This document shows, piece by piece, positions 34,782 through 44,762 of a DNA stretch of 64,000 nucleotides. The notes under the pieces are model-generated. The model had not been told where the DNA came from. It saw only the letters and a list, made by a program, of their open reading frames with translations, and searched no databases. The DNA is from an uncultured virus (IMG/VR IMGVR_UViG_3300025316_000017) (taxonomy: Duplodnaviria; Heunggongvirae; Uroviricota; Caudoviricetes): the IMG/VR virus record IMGVR_UViG_3300025316_000017; one strand, 5' to 3'. Position numbers and translations under genes: made by a program. The first letter of the stretch is position 1; every line of letters starts with the position of its first letter.

Positions 34782-34910
34782 ATAAAAATTAACCATACCA
34801 CCCCCTGTTGTTTTTTTGCCATGCAAAGTTTAAACGTTCGTGTAGAATACCCCCTATGAACGTTTCTGTTTAAAAATGGGGGGGGTATATATTTTGAAAG
34901 AAAAAATACT

Positions 34911-35156
34911 ATGGATTACGTTAGTGTTAGTGATCGTGTTGGCAATGATCCTATGAGCGATCAAAACTTTTTATTGCGTAGCACCATCATTGATCTGGAA
35001 ACAATGAGGACACCATATGAACCAACATCTCGTGGCTACATGGCACTTACAACTGCCATCAGTATCTTGCGGCAAATGCAAGTTGTTTATGACGTGGGGA
35101 ACTCTTGCTCGCCAGCAAGACCTAAATTGAAAATAGTAAAGGAATGCAATGACTGA
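34911..35156 (+). CDS. Hypothetical protein
   Basis: ORF; start uncertain. Confidence 0.45.
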   Translation: MDYVSVSDRVGNDPMSDQNFLLRSTIIDLETMRTPYEPTSRGYMALTTAISILRQMQVVYDVGNSCSPARPKLKIVKECND

Positions 35157-35379
35157 AAAACAAAAGCGGGTATATGATTTTATTCAAGCGTTTATTCGTA
35201 CTCATGGGTTTGCACCTAGCTATACGGAAATTGCTAAAGGATTAGAACTACGTAGCAAATCCAATATTCATCGTTTGGTGCACAATTTAAAAGACAAGGG
35301 TTTAATTAAAATTAATCCCCATATGGTAAGAAGTATCAAAATGATTGATGCAACCGTTCGTGAGATGGCTGCCCTTTGA
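35149..35379 (+). CDS. LexA-type winged-helix DNA-binding domain protein (no peptidase domain)
   Basis: TEKQKRVYDFI...GFAPSYTEIA...SKSNIHR...L..KGLI. Confidence 0.8.
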   Translation: MTEKQKRVYDFIQAFIRTHGFAPSYTEIAKGLELRSKSNIHRLVHNLKDKGLIKINPHMVRSIKMIDATVREMAAL

Positions 35380-36887
35380 GTCTTCTTACTAAGGCGGAAA
35401 TTAAGAAGTATTTAGCGTTACTTGAAACGCTTCCTAAAGATTCGCCACAAATTCCCAAAATACATCAACTGCTAAAGCAGGACAAAATTGAGCGTTGCAG
35501 GGAAAACTTTCTACCTTTTGTAAAGGAGATGTGGAGTGCATTCATTCCCGGTAAACACCATGCTGTCATGGCTGATGCATTTGAAAGGGTAGCCAATGGA
35601 ACTCTTAAACGGCTTATTATTAATATGCCTCCTCGTCATACTAAGTCTGAGTTTGCTTCTTATCTGTTCCCAGCTTGGTACTTGGGTAAATATCCCCAAA
35701 AGAAAATCATTCAAACAGCCCATACAGCAGAGCTTGCAGTTGGGTTTGGGCGAAAAGTGCGAAATGTCGTTAACACTCCCGATTACCAAGCAGTATTCCC
35801 CACCAAGCTATCTTCTGACAGTAAAGCCGCAGGGCGCTGGAACACCGACAAAGGGGGAGATTATTTCGCTATCGGTGTAGGCGGTGCAGTAACAGGTAAA
35901 GGTGCGGACGTACTGATTATTGATGACCCGCATTCGGAACAAGAAGCCATGCAAGGCAACCCCGAAGTCTATGATCGGGTATTTGAATGGTATGGATCAG
36001 GTCCACGTCAGCGTTTACAACCGGGTGGTTCCATCATTATTGTGATGACACGCTGGTCTAAGCGAGATTTGACTGGTCAAATTTTAGATAACTCAATGAA
36101 AAGGGATGGAGATGAATGGGAAATCATCGAATTACCTGCGCTATTACCCTCTGGTAAACCTTTATGGTCTGAGTTCTGGTCGCAAAAAGAACTTGAAGCG
36201 ATCAAGGCGGAAATTCCTGTTAGCAAGTGGGAAGCCCAGTATCAGCAAAATCCAACATCTGAGGAAGGCGCAATTATTAAAAGGGAGTATTGGCGCATAT
36301 GGGAATCGGATGTCGCTCCCTATTGCGATTACATCATTCAGTCGTGGGATACTGCCTTTGAAAAGACGAATCGTGCTGACTATTCCGCTTGCACCACGTG
36401 GGGTATCTTCTATAAAACGAATACTGAAGGCTTGGAAGTGCCCAACATCATTCTTTTAGATGCGTATAAAGGGCGTTTGGAATTTCCAGAACTGAAGAAA
36501 AAAGCCCTTGAATACTACAAACACTGGAATCCAGATAGTTTGATTGTCGAAAAAAAGGCTGCTGGTGCGCCATTAATCTATGAAATGCGGGCAATGGGTA
36601 TACCGGTGTCGGAGTATACACCAAGCAAGGGTAATGATAAAATAGCCCGTGTAAACGCTATATCTGATCTTTTTGCGTCTGGATATGTCTGGTGTCCAGA
36701 AGCACGATGGGCGGAAGAAGTAATGGAGGAGTGCGCTTCCTTCCCTAACGGAGACCACGATGACATGGTTGACTCAACGTCACAAGCCTTGTTACGGTTC
36801 CGTCAGGGAGGATTTATCCGTTTAAACAGCGATGAGCCAGATGAAGTAAAAGAATTTAGATCCAACCGACACAAAGGTTACTACTAA
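35376..36887 (+). CDS. terL: Terminase large subunit
   Basis: MPPRHTKSE, IIDDP, MTRW, QSWDTA, FPNGDHDDMVD. Confidence 0.95.
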   Translation: MSLLTKAEIKKYLALLETLPKDSPQIPKIHQLLKQDKIERCRENFLPFVKEMWSAFIPGKHHAVMADAFERVANGTLKRLIINMPPRHTKSEFASYLFPAWYLGKYPQKKIIQTAHTAELAVGFGRKVRNVVNTPDYQAVFPTKLSSDSKAAGRWNTDKGGDYFAIGVGGAVTGKGADVLIIDDPHSEQEAMQGNPEVYDRVFEWYGSGPRQRLQPGGSIIIVMTRWSKRDLTGQILDNSMKRDGDEWEIIELPALLPSGKPLWSEFWSQKELEAIKAEIPVSKWEAQYQQNPTSEEGAIIKREYWRIWESDVAPYCDYIIQSWDTAFEKTNRADYSACTTWGIFYKTNTEGLEVPNIILLDAYKGRLEFPELKKKALEYYKHWNPDSLIVEKKAAGAPLIYEMRAMGIPVSEYTPSKGNDKIARVNAISDLFASGYVWCPEARWAEEVMEECASFPNGDHDDMVDSTSQALLRFRQGGFIRLNSDEPDEVKEFRSNRHKGYY

Positions 36888-36895
36888 GGAATACT

Positions 36896-39421
36896 ATGGC
36901 AATTGATAAAGCCCTCTACCAAGCCCCCAAAGGGATCGATGCTCTCGCTGCTGAAGAAGAGCCATTGGAAATTGAAATTGAACCAGATCACATTAATATA
37001 TCAGACGATGAAATAGAAATTGATATTCAAGCAGTTGATCCAGAATTTGGCGAAAACCTTGCAGAAAATTTAGATGACTCATTGCTTGCTTTAATTGCTC
37101 AAGAGTTAACGTCCGATTATGACTCTGACGTTGCCAGCCGCAAAGATTGGTTGCAAACCTACGTAGATGGTTTGGAATTATTGGGATTGAAGATTGAAGA
37201 AAGAAGTGAGCCTTGGGAAGGGGCTTGCGGTATTTACCATCCTATTTTGGCTGAAGCTCTTGTAAAGTTTCAATCGGAAACCATTATGAGTTTGTTCCCC
37301 GCTCAAGGTCCGGTTAGAACCAAAATTATTGGCAAAGAAACTAAAGATAAAATTGATGCAGCGCATCGTGTTGAAACGGATATGAATCACCGTTTAACAG
37401 ATAGAATGCCTGAGTACAGACCTGAGACTGAGCGCACCATTTGGGGGTTAGGTCTTGCTGGTAATGCTTTTAAAAAGGTTTACTTTGATCCAAATTTAAA
37501 TCGCCCAATGGCGCTATTTGTGCCAGCGGAAGACGTTGTTGTTCCTTATGGCGCAGCCAATCTGGAATCGGCTGATCGTGTAACGCACGTCATGCGTAAA
37601 ACAGAAAATGAACTACGCAAATTGCAAGTCATGGGTTTTTACCGTGATATTGATCTTGGAACCCCAATTAACTTTTTAGATGAAGTAGAAAAGAAAATTG
37701 CGGAGAAGCAAGGCTTTAGAGCTTCTTCTGATGACCGCTATAAACTTTTAGAAATGCACGTCAATCTTGATTTAGAAGGTTACGAGCATACGGATGAACA
37801 AGGCAAAGCTACAGGGATTGCTTTACCTTATGTAGTTACCATTGAAAAAGGCACAAGTGCCATTCTTTCAATTCGTAGAAATTGGAGACCAGATGATGAA
37901 ACTTTCCAAAAACGTGCTCACTTTGTTCACTACGGCTATATTCCGGGTTTTGGTTTTTATCACTTCGGTCTTATCCATCTTATTGGTGCTTACGCTAAGT
38001 CTGGTACTTCTATCGTCAGGCAGTTGGTTGATGCTGGCTCACTTGCCAATTTGCCGGGTGGTTTTAAGACCCGTGGGTTGCGAGTAAAAGGTGACGATAC
38101 ACCAATAGCACCGGGTGAGTTTAGGGATGTTGATGTCCCAAGCGGGGCAATGAAAGACAACATTATGCCGCTCCCCTACAAGGAGCCAAGCCAAACATTG
38201 TTGACTTTACTGAATGGCATTATTGAAGAAGCCCGCAGATTTGCTAATACGGCTGATTTGTCAGTATCTGATATGTCGGCTGCCGCCCCTGTTGGAACTA
38301 CGTTTGCTATTTTAGAACGTACGCTCAAAGTAATGAGTGCGGTTCAAGCACGTATTCACTTTGCTTTAAAGCAAGAATTAAAGTTACTTAAAGAGATTAT
38401 TGCTGAAGATACACCAGAAGACTACGATTTTGATCCAGATAGCGGCAATCGTCACGCTAAAAAATCAGATTACGATTCCGTAGATTTGATTCCAGTTAGC
38501 GATCCAAATGCTTCTACGATGGCGCAAAAAATTGTGCAATGGCAAGCAGTTCAGCAATTAGCACAAGCCAACCCACAGTTTTTTAATATGCAATTATTAA
38601 ATCGCCAAATGGTTGAGATTATGGGTATATCAAATGCTAATAAACTTGTACCTATGGCAGATGATATTAAACCTACTGATCCCGTTTCTGAAAATCAAAA
38701 CATTTTGATGCAAAAACCAGTTAAGGCTTTTGAATATCAAGATCATGAAGCGCACATTACCGTGCATATGATGGCAATGAAAGATCCTAAGATTTTGCAA
38801 GTATTAGGACAAGGACCACAAGCAATCCAATTGCAAGCAGCAATGCAAGCTCATATTAATGAGCATTTAGGATTTGCTTATAGAGTAGAGATTGAAAAAC
38901 AATTGGGTATGTCATTGCCTCCTAAGAGTGATGAAATGGGCGATGACGTAGGCATGAACCCAGAAGTTGAAGCAAGATTGGCTCCCATGTTGGCACAAGC
39001 TGCACAGCGTTTATTGCAAAATAATCAACAGCAAGCCGCACAGCAACAAGCACAGCAACAAGCTCAAGATCCATTAGTGCAAATGCAGCAACAAGAGTTA
39101 CAGCTTAAACAAGCCGAACTTGAGCGTAAGAAACAAAAAGATATGGTTGACGCTCAATTAAAAGCAAGTCAGCAACAAATTGAAAAAAGCCGTATCCAAG
39201 CACAAACGGTATTGGAAGCGGCTAAAACTCAAGCAGGATTACAGTCACAAGAAACACGGGACAAGATCCAAATTGGAGCAGACTTGGTTAAGCATATTTC
39301 TCAGAAAAACCAAGATCATCAAATCCAAAACAAACAGCTATTTACACAAGGATTGAGAGACGCTCACCAAGTGGCAGAAGCTGAACAAGCTCGTTTAAAC
39401 GCTAAAAAGGGTAATAAATGA
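36896..39421 (+). CDS. Portal protein
   Basis: 841 aa after terL; AFKKVYFD, GFGFY.FGL, Gln-rich C-terminal helix. Confidence 0.85.
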   Translation: MAIDKALYQAPKGIDALAAEEEPLEIEIEPDHINISDDEIEIDIQAVDPEFGENLAENLDDSLLALIAQELTSDYDSDVASRKDWLQTYVDGLELLGLKIEERSEPWEGACGIYHPILAEALVKFQSETIMSLFPAQGPVRTKIIGKETKDKIDAAHRVETDMNHRLTDRMPEYRPETERTIWGLGLAGNAFKKVYFDPNLNRPMALFVPAEDVVVPYGAANLESADRVTHVMRKTENELRKLQVMGFYRDIDLGTPINFLDEVEKKIAEKQGFRASSDDRYKLLEMHVNLDLEGYEHTDEQGKATGIALPYVVTIEKGTSAILSIRRNWRPDDETFQKRAHFVHYGYIPGFGFYHFGLIHLIGAYAKSGTSIVRQLVDAGSLANLPGGFKTRGLRVKGDDTPIAPGEFRDVDVPSGAMKDNIMPLPYKEPSQTLLTLLNGIIEEARRFANTADLSVSDMSAAAPVGTTFAILERTLKVMSAVQARIHFALKQELKLLKEIIAEDTPEDYDFDPDSGNRHAKKSDYDSVDLIPVSDPNASTMAQKIVQWQAVQQLAQANPQFFNMQLLNRQMVEIMGISNANKLVPMADDIKPTDPVSENQNILMQKPVKAFEYQDHEAHITVHMMAMKDPKILQVLGQGPQAIQLQAAMQAHINEHLGFAYRVEIEKQLGMSLPPKSDEMGDDVGMNPEVEARLAPMLAQAAQRLLQNNQQQAAQQQAQQQAQDPLVQMQQQELQLKQAELERKKQKDMVDAQLKASQQQIEKSRIQAQTVLEAAKTQAGLQSQETRDKIQIGADLVKHISQKNQDHQIQNKQLFTQGLRDAHQVAEAEQARLNAKKGNK

Positions 39422-39606
39422 CAGAACTTGAAGTAGCAATTAGCAAAATTGATGAACGTGTATCAATGATGCAAAACCAATTAGGTAGTGGCGATGCGGT
39501 CGAATACAACCAATACCTAACTATATGCGGGATTATTAAAGGTCTGTTGACCGCACGTAGAGAAATAACCGACCTTAAACACAATTTGGAGATCTCGGAT
39601 GAGTGA
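39418..39606 (+). CDS. Conserved small head-module protein
   Basis: Y...CGIIKGL motif. Confidence 0.6.
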   Translation: MTELEVAISKIDERVSMMQNQLGSGDAVEYNQYLTICGIIKGLLTARREITDLKHNLEISDE

Positions 39607-40003
39607 AACAATTGATTTGTCACAAGCGGTCGATCTATCAGCGCTAATGGACAAATCCCAAGAAGAAAAAGCAAGCCAATTACCGAAGCCGTCAGGCTAT
39701 CGGATCCTCTGTGCAATACCTGATATTGAAGATGCGTACGAAAGCGGACTTTTAAAAGCAGAATCAACCATTAACTTTGAAGAAAAGCTGGCAACAGTTT
39801 TATTTGTAGTTGCGTTGGGACCAGACTGCTATAAAGATCCAACAAGGTTCCCTTCAGGACCTTGGTGCAAAGTCGGTGACTTCATTGTTGTTCGACCAAA
39901 TTCAGGAAGTCGTTTAAACATTCATGGAAAAGAGTTCAGAATGATTAACGATGATACCGTAGAAGCTATTGTGGATGATCCACGTGGCATTAAACGCTCA
40001 TAA
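39599..40003 (+). CDS. groES: GroES-like co-chaperonin
   Basis: P.GYRIL...VVALGP...KVGD...G.EFRMINDD.V.AIV. Confidence 0.8.
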   Translation: MSETIDLSQAVDLSALMDKSQEEKASQLPKPSGYRILCAIPDIEDAYESGLLKAESTINFEEKLATVLFVVALGPDCYKDPTRFPSGPWCKVGDFIVVRPNSGSRLNIHGKEFRMINDDTVEAIVDDPRGIKRS

Positions 40004-40014
40004 AGGAGAAAATT

Positions 40015-40959
40015 ATGGCAGAAGCATTTCAATTTCCCGATGAAATCGAACCAACAGCAGATTTGCCTGAAGTAAAAGCAGAAATTGAAGCAAAACCCGC
40101 TGATTTTGAGATTGAAATCGAAGACGATACCCCAAAAGAGGATCGTAGACGTAGAAATTTACCCGAAGAAGTAGTGCAAGATCTTGAAAAAGACGAGATG
40201 GAGCAGTATGACGACAACGTAAAAGACCGTTTAAAGCAGTTAAAAAAGGTTTGGCACGATGAGCGTAGGGCAAAAGAGCAAGCTTTGCGGGAACAGCAAG
40301 AAGCAATTGTTGCAACGCAAAAACTCTATGAAGAAAACAAGAAAATGAAAGCCTTGTTGTCTACTGGAGAGCAAGAATACGTTGCTGCCGTTAAAAATTC
40401 AGTGGAATTAGAGCTGGATAAAGCAAAACGGATGTATCGTGAAGCTTATGAGTCTGGCGACACTGATCGCATCATTGAAGCCCAAGAAAATATGGTTTCT
40501 GCGATGCAAAAACAGGAGCGCATCAACAATTTTAAGATGCCCCCTTTACAAACGGAAGAAAATGAGGTAAAAACACAGTATCAAGCCCCTCCTAAACCCG
40601 ATCAAAGGGCGCAGAGGTGGCAAGAGCAAAATTCTTGGTTCGGTCAAGATGAAGAAATGACAGCAGCAGCGCTGGGTTTACACGAAAAACTCAAACGCAA
40701 TGGTGTTCATATCGGCTCTGATGAATATTATGCGACCCTCGATCGAACGATTCGCAAACGTTTCCCCGAAAATTTCGAGGAAGAAGTAGTAGAAGTCAAA
40801 GAAACTCCTAAAGCAAAATCTCCAACGGTTGTTGCGCCAGCGAGTCGCAGTACGAATGCGAAACCCGTCAAGCTAAAAACGAGCCAAGTGGCATTAGCCA
40901 AAAAACTTGGTATTACCCCAGAGCAATATGCTAAAGAAGTACTTAAATTAGGAGAATAA
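40015..40959 (+). CDS. Capsid scaffolding protein
   Basis: Acidic coiled coil; N.WFG; C-terminal LAKKLGITPEQYAK. Confidence 0.75.
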   Translation: MAEAFQFPDEIEPTADLPEVKAEIEAKPADFEIEIEDDTPKEDRRRRNLPEEVVQDLEKDEMEQYDDNVKDRLKQLKKVWHDERRAKEQALREQQEAIVATQKLYEENKKMKALLSTGEQEYVAAVKNSVELELDKAKRMYREAYESGDTDRIIEAQENMVSAMQKQERINNFKMPPLQTEENEVKTQYQAPPKPDQRAQRWQEQNSWFGQDEEMTAAALGLHEKLKRNGVHIGSDEYYATLDRTIRKRFPENFEEEVVEVKETPKAKSPTVVAPASRSTNAKPVKLKTSQVALAKKLGITPEQYAKEVLKLGE

Positions 40960-40960
40960 A

Positions 40961-41404
40961 ATGGCTGAAAAAAGAAATAACCGTGATACCGAAGTTCGTG
41001 AAATGGCGGAACGCCCAAAGCAGTGGCGACCACCAGAGTTACTCCCAGAACCCGATAAGGAAGAAGGATATGAGTATCGTTGGATTCGTGTATCTATGTT
41101 GAATACCCCAGACCCTCGGAATTTATCGTCCAAGTTAAGGGAAGGTTGGGAACCCGTACGTGTCGAAGAACAACCAAAGTTTAAACTGCTAGTCGATCCA
41201 GATGGACGTTTTAAAGACAACATCGAAATTGGCGGATTGTTACTTTGCAAAACCCCAAAAGAGTTCGTAGAACAACAGCAAGCTTATTACGCTGAACAGA
41301 CACGAGCACAGACGGATGCTGTGGATAACAATTTAATGCGTCAATCGGATGCTCGTATGCCTATTTTCAAAGAAAGTAAGTCTACAGTTACGGTTGGCAG
41401 ATAA
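40961..41404 (+). CDS. Conserved head-module protein
   Basis: YEYRWIR...LREGWEPV...IGGLLLCK. Confidence 0.65.
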   Translation: MAEKRNNRDTEVREMAERPKQWRPPELLPEPDKEEGYEYRWIRVSMLNTPDPRNLSSKLREGWEPVRVEEQPKFKLLVDPDGRFKDNIEIGGLLLCKTPKEFVEQQQAYYAEQTRAQTDAVDNNLMRQSDARMPIFKESKSTVTVGR

Positions 41405-41426
41405 CTTTAATTTTAAGGAGATTTAA

Positions 41427-42311
41427 ATGGCATATCCAATCGTACCCGCTCCATACGGGTTCAAGCCAGTAAATCTTATTGGTGGTCAAGTTTTCTCTGG
41501 ATCGACACGTCAGTTGCCAATTCAGTATAACTTTGGAACCAATATTTTTTACGGTGACGTAGTAGGTATTGCACGTGGTTTCATTACTCGTGAAACTGTA
41601 ACTACTGGTGCTGGTGCAACTACCGGTTCTGTAGGTTCAGTTGGTATTTTCTTAGGTTGTAACTACACAGATCCAGTTACCAAGCAAAAGCGTTACAGCC
41701 AATATTGGCCCGCAAACACTTTAGCTGGTGATGCATTTGCCGTTGTTACTGATGATCCAGATACATTATTCCAAGTTGCTGCTGTTACAACCCAAGGCTC
41801 TACAGCTATTGGTTCTGTAGCTACTGCAATGATTGGTTTAAACATTGCTGGCTCTGATTTAGCTGGTAACATCAATACTGGTGATTCATCAAACGCTATT
41901 TTATGCGCTACCGTTGCTAATACAGCATCATTGCCATTACGTATTGTTGATTTGAAGCGTGACTCAGCTATTGCTACTACAGCTACTTATACTAGCGGTA
42001 CTGGTACTTTGACAGTTTCAGCTTTGCCTTCTAACTTGCTAGTTGGTACTGAAGTTGGTTATATCGCTGCAAACGGTCAGTATGTTGGTACAGGTTCATG
42101 GGTTTCTACATTTGCTGCTGCTGGTTCTACTTCAGTTATTCTGAATAGCGCTCAAGTAACAGTAAACAGCCCAACTGGAACTGCATCTACTGCAATGACA
42201 ATCCCTGCATCAAGCACATTGGTATTTACTCAATATCCTGAAGCTTACGTTAAGTTTAACTTCGGTATCCATGAGTACTATGCTAATACTGCTGGCGCAG
42301 CAACACTTTAA
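41427..42311 (+). CDS. Head decoration/minor capsid protein
   Basis: APYGFKPV...IFYGD.V...VTDDPD; directly before MCP. Confidence 0.6.
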   Translation: MAYPIVPAPYGFKPVNLIGGQVFSGSTRQLPIQYNFGTNIFYGDVVGIARGFITRETVTTGAGATTGSVGSVGIFLGCNYTDPVTKQKRYSQYWPANTLAGDAFAVVTDDPDTLFQVAAVTTQGSTAIGSVATAMIGLNIAGSDLAGNINTGDSSNAILCATVANTASLPLRIVDLKRDSAIATTATYTSGTGTLTVSALPSNLLVGTEVGYIAANGQYVGTGSWVSTFAAAGSTSVILNSAQVTVNSPTGTASTAMTIPASSTLVFTQYPEAYVKFNFGIHEYYANTAGAATL

Positions 42312-42326
42312 TCTAAGGAGCATTAA

Positions 42327-43229
42327 ATGGCTATTTCTCGTGCACAACTACTGAAAGAGTTGCTCCCCGGATTGAATGCATTGTTCGGTTTGGAGTATGC
42401 TCGTTATGGTGAAGAACACAAAGAGATCTATGAAACAGAGACCTCTGAGCGTTCTTTTGAAGAAGAAACAAAACTGTCAGGCTTTAGCGCTGCACCAGTC
42501 AAACCCGAAGGCAATGCCATCGCTTATGACAATGCGCAAGAAGCATGGACAGCTCGCTACAACCACGAAACTATTGCCCTTGGCTTTAGCTTGACTGAAG
42601 AAGCAATCGAAGATAACCTCTACGATTCTTTGTCAGCTCGCTACACCAAAGGCTTGGCTCGTGCTATGGCTTATACCAAACAGGTAAAAGCTGCTGCTGT
42701 ATTGAATAACGGTTTTAATTCTGCCTACACTTATGGTGATAGTCAGCCTTTGTTCAGCACTGCACACCCATTGGTTAACGGTGGTACTAACGCTAACACT
42801 CCTTCAACTCCTGCTGACTTGAATGAAACCGCATTGGAAAATGCTGTTATCGGTATCGCTGCTTGGACAGATGAGCGTGGCTTATTGATCGCTGCTAAAC
42901 CACGTAAATTGGTTGTTCCACCTGCATTACAATTCGTTGCAACTCGTTTGTTAGAAACCGAACTCCGTGTTGGTACTAACAACAACGACATCAACGCAAT
43001 CAAGAACAATGGTTCTGTTCCAGAAGGTTATACAATTAACCACTTCTTGACAGCTACCAATGCATGGTTCCTGACAACTGATGTACCTAATGGTTTGAAA
43101 CACTTTGTACGTACACCACTCCAGAATTCTATGGACGGTGACTTCGATACTGGTAACGTTCGTTACAAGTCTCGTGAGCGTTACAGCTTTGGTGTTTCCG
43201 ATCCTCTCGGTGTATACGGTTCTTACTAA
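42327..43229 (+). CDS. Major capsid protein (Mu gpT-like family)
   Basis: MAISRAQLLKELLPGLNALFG...DFDTGNVRYKSRERYSFG; strong codon bias; followed by terminator. Confidence 0.9.
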   Translation: MAISRAQLLKELLPGLNALFGLEYARYGEEHKEIYETETSERSFEEETKLSGFSAAPVKPEGNAIAYDNAQEAWTARYNHETIALGFSLTEEAIEDNLYDSLSARYTKGLARAMAYTKQVKAAAVLNNGFNSAYTYGDSQPLFSTAHPLVNGGTNANTPSTPADLNETALENAVIGIAAWTDERGLLIAAKPRKLVVPPALQFVATRLLETELRVGTNNNDINAIKNNGSVPEGYTINHFLTATNAWFLTTDVPNGLKHFVRTPLQNSMDGDFDTGNVRYKSRERYSFGVSDPLGVYGSY

Positions 43230-43255
43230 GAATCAATCAAACGTAAATCAGTTTG

Positions 43256-43281
43256 AACCCCGCTCAAAAGGCGGGGTTTTT
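43256..43281 (+). terminator. Intrinsic terminator after MCP
   Basis: AACCCCGC/GCGGGGTT stem plus T-run. Confidence 0.8.
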
Positions 43282-43284
43282 CAT

Positions 43285-44001
43285 TTATAGATCCATGCCG
43301 GGCGGGATACAGATAAGATCGTGTTGTTGATCTGGTACTGAATAGCCCATATCTTTAAAGAATGCAATAATATTATTAGCATTGGATTTATGTTGCTCAA
43401 CCATAAATATGGGCTTATAAGCATCAATCCAATCTTCTGCCGCTTTTAATGCAGATTCTTCCATTCCTTCAATATCCATTTTGATGATATCAACGTGTTC
43501 ATTAAACCAATACAATGGATATACATCTACTCTTTCAATATGGTTTTTAACCATATCACCATTGTCAGATTTTTCAATTGGAAGTAACTCAAAACCACCA
43601 AAGTTTTGGTATGCATCATAATCTGGTAAATTTACTTCAATATATCTATCATCATCGCCGCCAATGGCATAGTTATGGCAACTTACATTTCGTAAACCGT
43701 TTAAAGCTATTGTGCCACACAGCATATAAAATATTTGACGCTGGGCTTCAAAAGAACGAATGGATATCTTATCCCCAAAAGTTTGCGCCATAGCCAAAGT
43801 ATGGGTTCCAATATTAGCACCCACATCATAAAAAACGATATGATCTTTCTTTTCTAATAGTTTTTGTGCAAACCCTTTAAGAATATTAATTTGGTCTCTT
43901 TCAAAGTACCCAGTGCTGCGAATATCATTGCCAACACCTTTGTCATTCATACTCAGAATAATCATCCCGTACTCTGTGTTGTATATAGCGTTTGGGTTCA
44001 T
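43285..44001 (-). CDS. FkbM-family methyltransferase
   Basis: DVGANIGTH, FEAQ, IKMDIEGME. Confidence 0.85.
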   Translation of the reverse strand: MNPNAIYNTEYGMIILSMNDKGVGNDIRSTGYFERDQINILKGFAQKLLEKKDHIVFYDVGANIGTHTLAMAQTFGDKISIRSFEAQRQIFYMLCGTIALNGLRNVSCHNYAIGGDDDRYIEVNLPDYDAYQNFGGFELLPIEKSDNGDMVKNHIERVDVYPLYWFNEHVDIIKMDIEGMEESALKAAEDWIDAYKPIFMVEQHKSNANNIIAFFKDMGYSVPDQQHDLICIPPGMDL

Positions 44002-44762
44002 AAAACATCCTTTAAAAATTGTTTGGTCATTTCTATGCCACGATCAAATTGTGATTCCACATCTTTATAACGAAATACTTTCATTACGCCATCTTTAACA
44101 TACGGATCAATAAAACCTTGATCACGAGGAGGATCAGAATAGTCTCCCAACCATACGAACGTAGGAATACGATTCATCGCACTCATTGTTTTAAAACCGC
44201 TATCAGAACCCACCATAGCGTTGCATTGAGATACATATGCTAGGCTTTTAGCAGGGTTGTTGTTACTTATAAGTACTAAATTGTCGGACTCTTTGATACC
44301 CATTAATTCACTTTTTAATCCAAAAACCATCAGGTTATAGTCATCTGACTTTAAGCTTTCAATGGTTTGTGCTGGAATGGATTTTAAAATCATCCCAAAT
44401 TTCTTTTGGGTATCAATTGAAAAAGCACTGCCATTGACGTGTATTCCAACTACGGGTTTACCATTAGTAAATACAGGTTTTACTAGATCAAAAGGAAATT
44501 CAGCAAAATATTGTGCACGAGGGCAATGAACCCACTGTATAGACCTGTTTAAACTGTTTAAAAAATGGTTTTGACCATCCAAAGTTTCAAAAATATGAAT
44601 TGGATCAACCGCAATGCCAATAGTTTCAAAAAATTCTTTAGCACCCTGCAAATGCGTTACGGCTGCATATTTATAAGGTTTATCCTTTCGGTTAGCATCG
44701 ATAAATGGTAAGCATTGCAAAAAATCGCCAATTCCGCCCATCAGTAAAATTATTTGCTCCAT
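43998..44762 (-). CDS. GT9-like (heptosyltransferase-like) glycosyltransferase
   Basis: GGIGDFLQ...VGSDSG...IPT. Confidence 0.7.
   Translation of the reverse strand: MEQIILLMGGIGDFLQCLPFIDANRKDKPYKYAAVTHLQGAKEFFETIGIAVDPIHIFETLDGQNHFLNSLNRSIQWVHCPRAQYFAEFPFDLVKPVFTNGKPVVGIHVNGSAFSIDTQKKFGMILKSIPAQTIESLKSDDYNLMVFGLKSELMGIKESDNLVLISNNNPAKSLAYVSQCNAMVGSDSGFKTMSAMNRIPTFVWLGDYSDPPRDQGFIDPYVKDGVMKVFRYKDVESQFDRGIEMTKQFLKDVL

Noticed and set aside
39599..40003. GroES as a novel auxiliary gene
   Set aside because: Co-chaperonins in head modules are common in aquatic phages
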